DNA of 64,000 nt, from positions 26,972,001 through 27,036,000 of the forward strand of contig CM059432.1 of NCBI GenBank assembly GCA_030390025.1. Reading direction: 5' to 3'. Of this stretch, positions 23,653-37,436 are shown piece by piece. How positions within the stretch are numbered: position 1 is the stretch's first letter; every line of letters starts with the position of its first letter. The position numbers were made by a program, and so were the translations under genes. The notes under the pieces are model-generated. The model saw only the letters and a program-made list of their open reading frames with translations, did no database searches and was not told the DNA's origin. The stretch is from Squalus acanthias (lineage: Eukaryota).

Positions 23653-24604
23653 TATTTCCAGCATTTTCTGTTTTTATTTCCGATTTCCAGCATTTTTTTT
23701 ATTTGTTTATGGGATGTGGGCGTCACTAGCAAGGCCAGCATTTATTGCCCATCCCTAATTGCTCTTGAGAAGGTGGTGGTGAACTGCCGCCTTGAACTGC
23801 TGCAATGGTGATGGTACTCCCACAGTGCTGTTAGGGAGGGAGTTCCAGGATTTTGACCCAGCGACGATGAAGGATGGGCGATATACTTCTAAGTCAGGCT
23901 GATGTGTGACTTGGAGGGGAACTTGGAGGTGTTGGTGTTCCCATGCGTCTGCTGCCCTTGTCCTTCTAGGTGGAAGAGGTCGCGAGTTTGGGAGGTGCTG
24001 CTGAAGAAGCCTTGGCAAATTGCTGCAGTGCATCTTGTAGATGTTACACACTGCAGCCACTGTACTCCGGTGGTGGAGGGAGTGAATGTTTAAGGTGGTG
24101 GATGGGATGCCAATCAAGCGGGCTGCTTTGTCCTGGATGGTGTTGAGCTTCTTGTGTTGTTGGAGTTGCACTCATCCAGGCAAGTGGAGAGTATTCCATC
24201 ACACACCTTACTTGTACCTTGTAGATGGTGGAAAGGCTTTGGGGAGTCAGGAGGTGAGACACTCGCTGCAGAATACCTAGCCTCTGACCTGCTCTTGTTG
24301 CCACAGTATTTATGTGGCTGGTCCAGTTAAGTTTCTGGTCAATGGTGACCCCCAGGATGTTGATGGTGGGGGATTTGGCGATGGTAATGCCGTTGAATGT
24401 CATGGGGAGGTGGTTAGACTCTCGCTTGTTGGAGATAGTCATTGCCAGGCACTTAAGTGGCAGGTAACATTCGCGCCACAGATCAGCCCAAGCCTGAACG
24501 TCGTCCAGGCCTTGTTGCATGCGGACATGGACTGCTTCATTATCTGAGGAGTTGTAAATGGCGCTGAACCGTGTGCAGTCATCAGCAAACATCCCCATTT
24601 CTGA

Positions 24605-24988
24605 AATAACAACAGAAAACGCTGGAAAAACTCAGCAGGCCAGGCAGCATCCGTGGAGAGAGAAAGAGAGTTAACGTTTCAGGTCGATGACCTTTCATCA
24701 GAACTGTGAAGAGCCGGAAATCAAATAGATTTAAGGCCAGAGTAAAGCTGGGAAAAGGGGGAGGGGATAAAAGAACAAAGGGGGAGATGAAGAGACATTA
24801 AGAGACATTAAGAGATATGCAAGGCTAGAGGTGGTGTAAATGTGACAGATTAAGGCTGAAAGAAGTGTGAAATCCACTGGCAGAATGAAGGACAGCTGCC
24901 AGCTTCTAGGAGGAAAAAAAAAGGTGGGGGGGTGCAAATAAAAGGGTGGAAAAAATAAAATATAAATGTGATTGGAGCTGAGGTTATG
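24605..24988 (-). mobile_element. Solo Penelope 3' terminal segment
   Basis: Matches 18076-18390; 14-bp TSD ATCCCCATTTCTGA at 24591-24604 and 24989-25002. Confidence 0.88.
24669..24705 (-). ncRNA. Minimal hammerhead ribozyme
   Basis: Minus strand reads AGUU-CUGAUGA-A-AGGUC(AUC)GACCU-GAAA-CG-UU-AACU. Confidence 0.8.
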
Positions 24989-26659
24989 ATCCCCATTTCT
25001 GACCTTATGTTGGAGGGAAGGTCATTGATGAAGCAGCTGAAGATGATTGGGCCTAGGTCACTGCCCTGAGGAACTCCTGCAGCTATGTCCTGGGGCTGTG
25101 CTGTTTGACCTTCAACCACCACAACCATCTTCCTTTGTACTAGGTATGAATCCAGCCAGTGGAGTGTTTTCCCCCCAATTCCCATTGACTTCAGTTTTAC
25201 TAGGGCTCCTTGATGCCACACTCGGTCAAATACTGCCTTGATGTCAAGGGCAGTCACTCTCACCTTACCTCTGGAATTCAGCTCCTTTGTCCATGTTTGG
25301 ACCAAGGCTGTAATGAGGTCTGGAGCCGAGTGGTCTTGGCGGAACCCAAACTGGGCATCAGTGAGCAGGTTTTTGGTGAGTAAGTGCTGCTTGATAGCAC
25401 TGTTGATGACATCTGCAGTATTTTGCTCCTGTAAAGGTAATCCATGTGGTGTAAGTGGGGAATCCTTTTTAGAATGCATTTAATCCATCAAGGAAAGAAG
25501 CATTGCTTGATTTAGTTCAGGGAAATTAAGTGGAGCAACTGTAATAGTATGAGAAACATTTAGAAACTAGTAACCATAACACAGCTAGGTTCAATTTAAG
25601 AATAGAAAAGAATAACAATGAGCCAAAGATAGTGGTGCTGGAATGGAAAAAGGCAAAATCCAGCGAGATAGAAAGACCTGGGCTAAATTGACAGGCAGAA
25701 AAGTTAGCAAACAGGTAGCACAAATGGCCAGGTCAGCAGCGGGAACTCTTCAAATAAGAAATGAATAAAGTACAAAATAAATATGTTTCTTTAAGGCAAA
25801 AAGGGTCAATGAATGAAGTTCTGTGGATAAATAGTGAGATTAAAACTAAACTGAAACTTAAAAGGGAGGGCTAACAATATTAGGATAATCGAGAAATATA
25901 GAAAGTGTAGTCGGGAGGGCATTAGAAGGGTTAAAGGGGAAAATGAAAAAAAGACTCGTAGATAAAAGAAAGTACAAGGGCTTTACAAGCTTTTGGAAAG
26001 TAAAAGAATAGTTAAAGAGAGGAGGGAGTCTAATTGTGGAGAATGAAGGTGCCTTGCTTCCGTACATGTAGTGACTAGGTTAAAACTGAAAATGCATTGT
26101 TATATCAACAGTATCCAGTGCTTATGCTCCTAAAACCTTTTCATTTACAATTTACCATCAGACTCGATGGGCCTAATGGCCCTTCTGTGTTGTACTATTC
26201 TGTGAAAATCGTGACAGCAAGAAATAAGGTTCAGTCGGCAGGAATTATTGGCACAATTAAATATACATACATTGTGTTCACAAATGAGACCCGGGAGTTA
26301 AAATCCTGGGGGTCCAGATGGTTTCACACTCTCATCGGCCTTTGCACCCCCGATTCTCACCCCAAGTTAAAATCAGGACTAATAAGTTTAACTGTGTAAC
26401 TCTATTATTCCATCTGGTCTGCACAGATTGTCTTAAACCGAGTGCATCTAAACCGTGTGTAAAAGTTGGGAATTAGGTGCAGTAGAAGGAGATGCTGCTT
26501 TTGCCTCCAATACTTGTAGTGGTTTGTGTTGAAGGTAAATATTTAATTTCATCTATCTATAATTTAAACAAGATCAAGTAATTAGTTAAAAAACTAAACT
26601 TTAAGTTAATTAAATACATAAACTTTAATTAATTAATTAAATAAATAAAACAAGCTTAT

Positions 26660-29600
26660 ATAGGGAATGCAGTGCAGGTGGTGTGCCACAACTGCAGCAT
26701 GTGGGAATTTGCGGAGAGCATCGCGATCCTGAACGACCATGTCTACAGTAAGTGTCTGCATCTTGAGGAACTTCGGCTTAGAGTTGTTGAGCTGGAGTCC
26801 GAGGTGCAGACATTGTGGGGCATCAGGGAGGGGGAGAGTTACCTGGGCAATTTGATGCAGGAGGCAGTCATGCCCCTTAGGTTAGGTAGTGGTACAGGTC
26901 TGGGTAGTGGTCAGGGACAGGAGGGTGTAACTGCAACTCCAGCAGGTAAGGGGACCCCAGGTGCAGTACTGGAGGAGCCTTGGCCTTTGCCCTTGTCCAA
27001 CAGGTATAAGGTTCTTGCTGCCTGTGTGGATGAGGGCAAAGTCTGCAGGGTGGATGAGCAAACTGACCACGTCATCATGGTTCAGAAGGCCATTCAAGTG
27101 GGGGGAGTGAAAAGGAATGTTGTAGTGGTATGGGGACAGTATAGACGGGGATAGATACTGTTCTCTGCAGCCGCGACTGGGCGTTTCAAAGGCTGTGTTG
27201 TCTGCCCGGTTCCACGGTTAATGATATCTCCTCGCAGCTAGTGATGAATTTGGAGGGGAGGATCCAGTTGGTGTGGTTCACGTAGGAACCACGACATATG
27301 TAGAACTCTGAATGAGGTTCTGCTGAGAGTGTTTGAGGAGCTTGGGTTGAAATTGAAACGCAGAACCTCACAGGTAATAATCTCTGGATTGTTACCTGAG
27401 CTATGTGCAAATTGGCATAGGGACTCGCAGATCAAAAGGTTAAGTGCGTGGCTGAAAGAGTGTTGTGGGAGGGGTTTCAATTCATGGGGCACTGGCAGCA
27501 GTACTGGGGAAAGAGGGAGCTGCACTTAAACCAGGCTGGGATCAGTGTCCCGGTGAGTCAAATAACTCAGGTGGTAGATAGGGCTTTAAATTAATGAAGT
27601 GGGGTTAGGATTTGGGAAAGGGTAAATTCAAAAGCAGTAAGAGAAATGTCAAGGCTGTAGAGCAGAGTAGTGTTTTGGGTAAAAATGAGCAGAGTGGGTC
27701 AGTAAGGGACAGAGAGCTTAATGAAGGTAATAGGGCATCAGTGACTAAGGTGACATCAGGGAAAAATAGAAAAAAGTTAAAGCTAAAGACACTATATCTG
27801 AATGCACAAAACATTTGCAACAAAACAGATAGAAATAAATGTGTTTGATCTAATAGGCATTACGGAGACGTGGTTGCAGAGTGACCAAGGTTGGGAACTA
27901 AATATTCCAGGTTACTTGACGTTTAGAAGAGGTAGAGAGAATGGGAAAGTGGCGGGGGGTGGGGCGAGCCCTGATAATAAGAGTTGATAAAGACAGTAAA
28001 GAGAAAGGATCTTAGCTTGGAAAAATAAGACGTAGAATCACTTTGGGTGGAGCTAATAGTTTTCTAGATCAGTATGTTGAGGAACAAACTAGGGAACAGG
28101 CTATTTTAGATCTAGTATTGTGCAATGAGACAGGGTTAATTAATAACCTTGTAGTAAAGGAGCCTCTGGGGAGCAGTGATCATAATATCGTAGAATGTTA
28201 TGTTGAGTTTGAGAGTGATTTAGGTAAGTCCGAAACTAAGGTCTTAAATCTGATAAAGCAAACTAAGTAGGTATGGGAGGTGAGTTGGCTATATAGGTTG
28301 GAAAACTAGATAAAAGATATGACGGTAGATAAGCAATGGCAAACATATAAAGAAATAATTCATAATTCACAACGAATATACATTCCCTTAAGGAATAAAA
28401 ACCCCACGGGTCCAACCGTGACTAACAAGAAAAGTTAAAGATAGTATTAAATTAAAGGAAGAGGTTTATAATGTTGCCAAAAAGAGTAGTAAGCCTGAGG
28501 ATTGGGATGATTTTAGAATTCAGCAAAGAAGGACCAAGAAATTGATAGAGGAAAAAATAGAATATGAGAGTAAACTAGCAAGAGACGTTAAAACAGATTG
28601 TAAAAGCTTCTATAGGTATGTAAAAAGGAAGAGATTAGCAAAAGTAAACGTGAGTCCCTTCCAGGCCGAGACAGGAGAAATTATAATGGGGAATAAAGAA
28701 ATGGCAGAGACATTAAACAAATACTTTGTATCTGTCGTCACGGAAGAAGACACAAAAAACATTCCAGAAATAGTGGGGAACCAAGGGTCTAGTGAGAATG
28801 AGAAACTTAAAGAAATTAGTATTAGTATAGAAATAGCATTCAAAAAAATTACTGGGACTAAAAGCCGACAAATCCCCTGGACCTGATGGCCTACATCCTA
28901 GGGTTTTAAAAGAGGTGGCTATAAAGATGGTGGATTCATTAGTTTTGATCTTCCGGAATTCCCTATATTCTAGCACAGTCCCCGCAGATTGGAAGGTAGC
29001 AAACGTAACCTCGCAATTCAAGAAAGGAGGGAGATAGAAAGCAAGGAACTGTAGACCTGTTAGCCTGACACCAGTAGTAGGGAAAATGCTTGAATCTATT
29101 ATTAGGGACGTGGTTACAGGGCACTTAGAAATCATAATATGATTGGGCAGAGTCAACACTGATTTATGAAAGGAAAATTGTGTTTGACAAATCTAATAGT
29201 TTTTTAATGTTGTAACTAGGGTAGATAAAGGGGAGTCAGTGGATGTAGTGTATTTGGATTTTCAGATACATTCGATAAGGTGCCACACAAGAAGTTATTA
29301 CACAAAATTAGAACTCATGGATTGAGGATTGGTTATCCGACAGAAAAGAGAGAGTAGGAATTAACATGTCATTTTCGGATTGGCAGGCTGTAACTCGTGG
29401 GGTACCGCAAGGATCAGTGCTTGGACCTCAGCTATTTACAATCTATATCAATGACAAGTGCAACGAAGGTTCACCAGACTGATTAAAGGATGGGTGGCTT
29501 GTCCTGTGAGAGATTGAGGAAACTAGGCCTATATTGCCTAGAATTTAGAAGAATGAGAGGTGATCTCATTGAAGCATATAAAATTCTTATAGGGCTTGAC

Positions 29601-29937
29601 AGGGTAGATGCTGGGAGGATGTTTCCTCTGACTGGGGAGTCTAGAACTAGGGGTCACAGTCTCAGAATAAGGAGTTGGCCATTTAGGTCTGAGATGAGGA
29701 GAAATTTCTTCACTCAAAGGGTTGTCAATCTTTGGAATTCTCTACCTCGGAGGGCTGTGGATGCTCAGTCGTATATTCAAGGCAGACATTGATAGATTTT
29801 TGGATGTTAAGGGAATCAAGGGATATGGGAATAGTGCAGGAAAGTGGAGCAACCATGATCTCATTGAATGGCAGAGCAGGCTCGAAGGGCTGAATGGCCT
29901 ACTCCTGCTCCTATTTCTTGTGTTCTTATGTTCTTAA
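26660..29937 (+). mobile_element. CR1 LINE with ORF1 (Zn finger/coiled coil and SGNH esterase) and ORF2, degenerate with internal deletions
   Basis: CHNCSMWE..LRLRVVELESEV..LSNRYKVL; IISGLLP; ORF2 LYLNAQ, GITETWL, RT pieces; CR1 tail. Confidence 0.88.
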
Positions 29938-30059
29938 GTACAAAATGTTCTTAAGGTGCTGTCTCATCCCCGTTCATTATAGTGCCGAAACATTAGCCAC
30001 AGTCTAAGTAATCATGGACAATTCTGACTGTTCTGTCTCGTAACTCAATTTTAATTTAG

Positions 30060-30329
30060 CGACAGTAACTGTGAAGAGGAAGAGGGGAAGACCCAAAGGT
30101 TCAAAGAAGAAATTCTACGCTGAAGCAGAGGAGTTGGGAGATGCCGGTAATTGCAATCTGAGTGCAGAGAGTACACTTGACCAAGAAGAGGAGGAGTTGG
30201 AGGAGTCTGATAGTTTGGACTGCAGGAAGTGCAGTCGGAAATTTTCGAACAGGAGGCAGCTGCGGAAACACCGCTGCTTTGTTGTACTGAAGGACGATGG
30301 GGAAGAAGAAGAAGAAGAAGCAGAAGATG
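30060..30329 (+). CDS. ZFAT: ZFAT exon 3 (AT-hook and C2HC-type finger)
   Basis: TTTAG acceptor; AT-hook KRKRGRPKGS; CRKCSRKFSNRRQLRKHRC; acidic runs; donor G|GTAATA. 270 nt, phase 1-1. Confidence 0.93.
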
Positions 30330-31032
30330 GTAATACTTATTTATCACCAGACATCACACTGGGTTTAATGTTGTACTTATAAATTTAGGGATGCAGTTTT
30401 ATTTTTCTGCCACATATGATTTGATTTTGTACATTGTGTTTGTTTATGGGGTGAGGAGTCTCCACAATTTCACATAACCCTTTGAGAACCAATTGTAACC
30501 ATTTTCAAGCTATTTTGAAAATCTTCTCCCCTTGACATGCATGAAACAGTGGGCTAGTATTTTGGATGTTCGGTGAGGACATGATCAGGCTTGGCTGTGA
30601 CCCTGCCTCGAGTCAAATAGTGTGCCGATACTCACTATCTAGGCTTACACATGAGGCAGGCTGCTGGGAGGATGATCAGTAACTTAGTAAGTGGTCAGTA
30701 CTTCCAGTAGAAGAGGAAAGAGAGAGGAGAAAAAAAGGTAAACAAAAAGAAAGACAGAAAGGAAACATCACAGAGGTAACTGGGAATGTAAAGACCTTGT
30801 ATGCCGAGGGGGTAGTGTGAGGGAGCTTCTGATTACATGGCCAAGATTGGGAATTTGATGCGCAGGATCCTACCCTCCATAGCACAGTAATGTTACTCCA
30901 CTTCATCCCTTTATAGTACTGATTGATTTCTGCATCACAGTCAAAATTAATTGTATTAGGATTGGAATGAGATTAGGGATAAATTAGGGCGTGTCGTTCC
31001 TATGATTGATCTCTCTCTCTCTCTCTCTCTAG

Positions 31033-31197
31033 ACAAAACGGATCCTGAAGTAGAGTTGGATGATGAAAGAGATAGGGCAGTCAAAAGACCACGCTTACAA
31101 AAGAACAAAAAGTTGACATTTAAGGATGCTGATCAAAATGCAGGAGGAAAGAAGCCAATCATCAGTGTGGTTCTCACGGCACATGAAGCTATTCCAG
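31033..31197 (+). CDS. ZFAT: ZFAT exon 4
   Basis: (CT)n-AG acceptor. Ends in KKPIISVVLTAHEAIP G|GTGAG, a conserved ZFAT motif. 165 nt. Confidence 0.95.
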
Positions 31198-31715
31198 GTG
31201 AGCAGTAATGAACTTCCATTTATTTAGCCCCTTATCTCATCTCCCAAAGCGCTTGACCTTTAACGAATGAGTTTGAAGTGCAGTCACTGTTATGTAGCCA
31301 AATGTGGCAGCCCTTTTGATCTAACCCATGCTATAGCCAAACAGGAAATGCTTTATGCTAATAGTGGGTGCAGAACTATTCCATCCCCCGCACTGAGATC
31401 CCACACCTTGGGAGTTGAGCACCAAAACTGAGCCATAGTATTTGTTAGGACAAACTATGATAAACATAGAACAAACACAAAAATAAGTAAGAGAATTGTA
31501 AAAGTACAGTTGATACTATTTGGAGTATGTTTCCACATGCACTTGTAGTAATATCACAATTCTAAAGAAGGAAAAGGGTGGTTAATTGGACCAATGTGTT
31601 GGTGCTTGGATGCCTTGAATGACAGAGCAGAAAGTGGTTTGTGACACGAGTTCCCTACACGGTCAGAACGAGAATCAAATGGATGAGTCACTCCTGGGAG
31701 CAAAGACTACAACAA

Positions 31716-32457
31716 TGGCCCAAAAATTAGTGAGTGAGCCTTCGTGCGAGGGTAAGGCCTTCCCGCGATCTCTCACTGCGCGCTGGCTTTTTCAGTCCGA
31801 GCTCGCACGAACTTGATGTTCTGGACAGCATCTGTGCAGTGCTTTCGTATCCCACAGGCGTAGTTAATTCGTGCGAGCTGTGGGATCACGTGACTCAGAG
31901 CCAATGGCAGCACACCATCTTTCATTCATAGCTTTCACAGCATGGCTGTGAAAGCTATGAATACTATACCCCCCAAAAGAACAGCTAAACCTCAATTAAA
32001 TTTAAAAAAAAAAACCATCAGATTAATAAAATAAGTATAGTTAAATAAATGAACCATTTTAAACAAAAAATTAAATTTTTGAAAAAATTTAAAATCTTTT
32101 AAAAAGTTATAAAAATAAACTTACCTGTCTTTAAAGTCTCTAAAAAAGATATACCTGTTAAAAAAAATTCAAAATAATACTTAATTAAGTACTTACCTTG
32201 TTAAAAGAGGGTCTTACGCCTCCTTTCTTTATGTCTAAAATCTTCCATGCTTACCTGCGCGTCCAAAGCACTAAGTGCACTGCGTGCGCGCAGCCTGTAG
32301 CGCGCACGCGGTTCACCTAGGAACCGCCCCCTTTTGAATTCACCAAGTGCCGGTTTTCAGCGCATGCGCAGTGCATGCAGAAAACCGGCAATTGGAGACA
32401 GAATACGCGAGAGTACACAGTGCGTACTCTCGCGTAGCGGCACTAATTTTTGGGCCA
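31716..32457. mobile_element. MITE with perfect 17-bp TIRs
   Basis: TGGCCCAAAAATTAGTG at 31716-31732 and CACTAATTTTTGGGCCA at 32441-32457; internal palindromes. Confidence 0.85.
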
Positions 32458-32753
32458 TCAAGTGCAACAGGGAAAGGCCATTCCGCCTATCTAGCTTAAC
32501 CTTCCATAGAATCCTCACAATGCATCATCAAACTGCTTCATGATTCCAGAGTTTTTTGGGCTGAAGTTTAATCTGCAGGAGTGGATGGATTTGGGTACGG
32601 ATGGGAGTTTAAAACCGGCAAAATTGACCGCGTCGGGAAGCTGGCTCCAACGTGCCGACTTCCGCATTTTAACTGGAGCACGTTTAGGCTACCTGTGCGC
32701 AACCCCCTCAGGAGAGGCAGGTTGTCAATTACCATATGTTAATCGCTCAATTA

Positions 32754-34664
32754 CATACGTACATACGAATCAGGAGCAGGAATAGACCACTCGGCCCCTC
32801 GAGCCTGCTCTACCATTCAATAAGATCATGGCTGATCTGATTACTCCACATTCCCACCTACCCCCGATAACCTTTCACCCCCTTGCTTATCAAGAATCTA
32901 TCTACCTCTGCCTTAAAAATATTTAAAGACTCTGCTTCCACTGCCCTCTGAGGAAGAGAGTTCCAAAGACTCTTAACCCTCTGTGAGAAAAAAATTCTCC
33001 TCATCTCTGTCTTAAATGGGCGACCCCTTATTTTTAAACAGTGACCCCCTAGTTCTAGATTCTCCCACAAGAGGAAACATCCTCTCCACATCCACCCTGT
33101 CAAGACCTCTCAGGATCTTATATGTTTCAATCGTCACCTCTTACTAAACTCCAGTGGATACAAGCCTAGCCTGTTCAACCTTTCCTCATAAGACAACCCG
33201 CCCATTCCAGGTATTAGTCGAGTAAACCTTCTCTGAACTGCTTCCAATGCATTTACATCCTTCCTTAAATAAGGAGACCAATACTGCACACAGTACTCCA
33301 GATGTGGTCTCCCCAATGCCCTGTATAACTGAAGCATAACCTCCCTACTTTTGTATTCAATTCCCCTCGCAATAAACGATAACATTCTATTAGCTTTCCT
33401 AATTACTTGCTGTACCTGCATACTAACCTTTTGCGATTCATGCACGAGGACACCCAGATCCCTCTACATCTCAGAGCTCTGCAATCTCTCAACTTTTAGA
33501 TAATATGCTTTTTTATTCTTCCTGCCAAAATGGACAATTTCACATTTTCCTACATTATACTCTATTTGCCAGATCTTTGCCCACGCACTTAACCTATCTT
33601 TTTTCCCTTTGTAGCCTCCTTATGTCCTCTTCACAATTTACTTTCCTATCTATCTTTGTGTCATCAGCAAATTTAGCAACCATACGTTCGGTCCCTTCAT
33701 CCAAGTCATTTATATAAATTGTAAAAGTTGAGGCTCCAGCACTGATCCCTGTGGCACACCACTCGTTACATCTTGCCAACCAGAAAATGACCCATTTATG
33801 CCTACTCTCTTTCCTGTTAGCTAGCCAATCTTCTATCCATGCCAATATGCCCCTACGCCAGGAGCTTTTATTTTCCGCAATAACCTTTGATGTGGCACCT
33901 TATCAAATGCCTTCTGGAAATCTAAGTACAGTACATCCACCGGTTCCCCTTTATCCACAGCACATGCTACTTCCTCAAAGAACCAATAAATTGGTTAAAC
34001 ATGATTTCTCTTTCACAAAACCATGTTGACTCTGCCTGATTACCTTGAACTTTTCTAAATGCCCTGCTATAACGTCTTTAATAATAGCTTCTAACATCTT
34101 CCCCATGACCGATGTTAAGCTAACTGGCCTGTAGGTTCCTGCTTTCTGTCTCCCTTTTTGAATAAAGGAGTTACATTCGCTATTTTCCAATCTAATGGAA
34201 CCTTCCCCAAATCTAGGGAATTTTGGAAAATTAAAACCAACGCATCAACTATTTCACTAGCCACTTCTTTTAAGACCCTAGGATGAAGTCCATCAGGACC
34301 CGGGGACTTGTCAGCCCGCAGCTCCAACAATTTGCTCAGTACCACTTCCCTGGTGATTATAATTTTCTTGAGTTCCTCCCTCCCTTCCATTTCCTGGTTT
34401 ACAGCTATTTCTGGGATGTTACTTGTATCCTCTATAGTGAAGACCGATGCAAAATACCTGTTCGATTCAATTGCCATCTCCTTATTTTCCATTATTAATT
34501 CCCCAGACTCACTTTCTATAGGACTAATGCTCACTTTGTTAACTCTTTTTAAAATATCTATAGAAACTCTTACTATCTGTTTTTATATTTCTAGCTAGCT
34601 TTCTCTCGTACTCTAATGTTTCTCTCCTTATTAATCTTTTAGTCATTCTTTGCTGTTTTTTATA
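32754..34664 (-). mobile_element. CR1 LINE 3' half inserted in the Harbinger element
   Basis: [32 protein letters not shown]; 7-bp TSD TCAATTA at 32747-32753 and 34665-34671. Confidence 0.9.
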
Positions 34665-34914
34665 TCAATTAGAGCGATATTACACTTTTCAGATTAACGT
34701 CAGGTCCATGGGTTTCCTGAGCTTCCTCAAACTCGCCAGTGAAAGCAAGGCGAGTACACAGCAGCAATTTGAGGGGGACAAATCAATCTCAGGGAAATAT
34801 GCCAATAAGTCCTCACAGCTGCTTTCTTGCCTGTGAATAGGAAAAGGTTTATTCACAGTAATTTTGCTGAGAGATTACTTTCTGCACTTTGGAGGATTAC
34901 TCTATCGCATCAGG

Positions 34915-36030
34915 ATGGGTGCCGCTTATGCTGCCTTAGATTGGATCTTGGATGAGGACCAAGGTGACCAGCAACAACACCCGCAGCCTGCTAGTCAAAG
35001 ACCTGTAGCTGCACAGCAGAGAGGGGACCAGCAGAGAAGTGCAGCTCTAAGGAGGCACTACCCATGAAACAGGATCTACAGGCAGAGGCTCAGTTTTCTT
35101 GACCTGTCTGAACATCAGTGTCTCAGGAGGCTCAGGATGTTACGTCAAGTGGTGGCAGAGATCTGCAACCTCCTAGAAGAAGACCTGCTGCCTGGTGGCC
35201 GCGCATTACCAATGGTTGTCAAAGTCACCACTGCCCTCAACTTTTTTGCCTCCGGATCCTTCCAGGACTCTGCCGCAGACATATGCAGGATCTTCCAGTT
35301 GGCCTCCCACAAATGCATAAGACAAGTAACTGATGGCTTGTTTGCCTGCGATGATGGCAGTCAGAATGAGCAGGCGCTCAGCTTTGCGGTCCTGGCTGGC
35401 TTCCCACAGGTGCAGGGCGCCATCGACTGCACACACGTGGCAATCCGGGCACCCCCAGAATAACCAGGGGTATTTGTCAACCGCAAGGGCATCAATATGC
35501 AGCTGATGTGCAACCACAAAAAATGTTTACGCAGGTGTGCGCTAGATTCCCGGGCAGCTGCCATGATGCTTTCGTCCTGCGGCAGTCCAAGCTCCCTGAT
35601 CTCTTCGGACCTGGAAGCAGACTTTAGGGGGTGGCTGCTAGGCGACAAGGGATGCTCACTGCAAACTTGGCTCATGACACCCGTCAGAAACCCGAACACT
35701 GAAGCCCAACAGCGCTACAATGAATGCCGTATTACCACCAGATGTTTGATTGTGCAGGTCATCGGCAAGCTAAAGATGCGCTTCAGGTACCTCGACTGAA
35801 GGCGTCCTTCAGTACGCACCAGCCAGGGTCTCCAGAATGGTCGTGGTTTGCTGTGCTCTGCACAACATTGCGCAACAGTGAGGCTTGGGCCTGCAGGAGG
35901 AACAAGGCGAAGAGCTCAGATCCTCCTCGGACGATTTAGAGGGGAGGAGGAGGAGGGTGATGAGAGCAATGCACTCTCAGCTGCTCACGTTGCTGCCCGG
36001 GATGCTAGGGATGCCCTTATTAATGCAAGG
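34915..36030 (+). pseudogene. Harbinger DDE transposase (HARBI1-like), disrupted
   Basis: ALNFFASGSFQ, FPQVQGAIDCTHVAIRAP, GWLLGDKG, WLMTP, YNE..TTR..IGKLKMRFRYLD; contains stops and frameshifts. Confidence 0.9.
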
Positions 36031-36039
36031 TTAAGGTTT

Positions 36040-37436
36040 CCGTCAACCTATTTAAGATGGCAAAAATTTTGGCTTCCAGAGTCTGCACGGTGGTGTTGAA
36101 AGCGTGCATGGACTCATTTGCTTGGAGCGTTTGACGGTCCATGGTGCTGGCCACTCTATCCATGGAAGAAGACATCATCTCAATGGTCTGCGACATCACC
36201 CACCCCCTCATGCTTGAGGTGGACTCCTCCAATCTCTCTGCAATTGTAGTGAGTGTACTTTGAAGGCCTGTCAGTGCATCGTATATTGTCTGCTACTGCT
36301 CACTGATTCTCCTCTTCATCAATGGCCCCTGGGGCACAGCATCAGTGTCCAGGTGAGTAGAGCTTGGAGAGGGCTGCGGCCTCGGACGCGAACTTACCAC
36401 TGCTGTTCCTATCTCCACCTCGTGCTCACTTGTGAAGTGTGAGTCACCAGGTGAAAACCCAACTATCTACCTTACTGGTCCCACTAAAGTCTGAGTATCT
36501 GAGCTGGTGCATGGCCTGAATGAGTCTTGTGACGGTACACCCTCAGAGGGACTCGGCTCATCTGAGGACTCATCGCCTACTGGTTCCTGCGTGAAGGCCC
36601 TGTGGGAGATAAAAGACATGAATTAGTCCTGGCAAGGTAAGAATGTTGCAAGTTATCATTATGAAGATGATCATATTTCACTCGCTGTTGAAACCAGGTC
36701 AACAGGACTGAGTGTCGTTTGACGTGGATGGCTTTTATTTAATTGTGTCACCAGGTAGCTGGGAGCTCCCCATCTCCAACAGCCAGGGTTGCCATAACTC
36801 TACTTATTTCCAGCAGCTTCTCCTCTGCAGTCGTGAGCTGTGTGATCTGTGGAGGACACCCTCCGGTTCTTTCCCTCTCCTTAGTGTTTGTGTGCTCTCT
36901 TCTCCTGCAAGGAGGGAATGAACAGGCCTATGTGTGAGTGTAATGGCATGTGCTCATTCGATGGATGGAGTGCATTTGGTGAGGGTGACTGAAGGAAAGC
37001 CATGGAATTGCATAAGAATGTGTGGGAGTGGTGGATGTGGATGGATAGATGAGGATGTGAGGAAGTGCATAGAAAGAGAAGGATAGGTGCACCTGCAAGG
37101 TAAGTGGGTGTGAGGAGTGATGTGATAGAGTCGGCTTGATAAATCAGAGTGAGGGGCTGGGGTGATGCGCAGAGCAGGATGTAGGTGAATGTGCCACTGT
37201 ACTCCTCTTTCCTGATCTGCTTAGGTCATTAAACTGCTTTCTGCACTGATTCCACCAACATGGCACCACGATCCTGCTGCTGACCTCCTCCGCTACTTCC
37301 ACCCATGCCTTCTTGGTCTCGGCTGCAGGCTTTTTCCTTCTGTTGCCAGCTCTCTGCTACTCCTCACAGCCCCCAGCAGCATATCCAGGGCGGCGTCAAT
37401 GAAACAGGGTGCAGCCTTTGCCTGTCTGGACTCCAT
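36040..37436 (-). pseudogene. Harbinger Myb/SANT-like DNA-binding gene, disrupted
   Basis: Minus strand encodes APCFIDAALDMLLGAVR, TKKAWVEVAEEVSSR and WNQCRKQFNDLSRSG (trihelix/Myb-SANT-like). Confidence 0.7.

Larger units (their letters stand above)
23693..25410 (-). mobile_element. Family A LINE, 3' half
   Basis: DIKAVFDRVWH, VPQGSDLGP, FADD; tail and T-run at the left end. Confidence 0.88.

Noticed and set aside
32115..32260. ACTTACCTG motifs resembling the U1 snRNA 5' end
   Set aside because: No further U1 sequence follows; the motifs are internal to a MITE.
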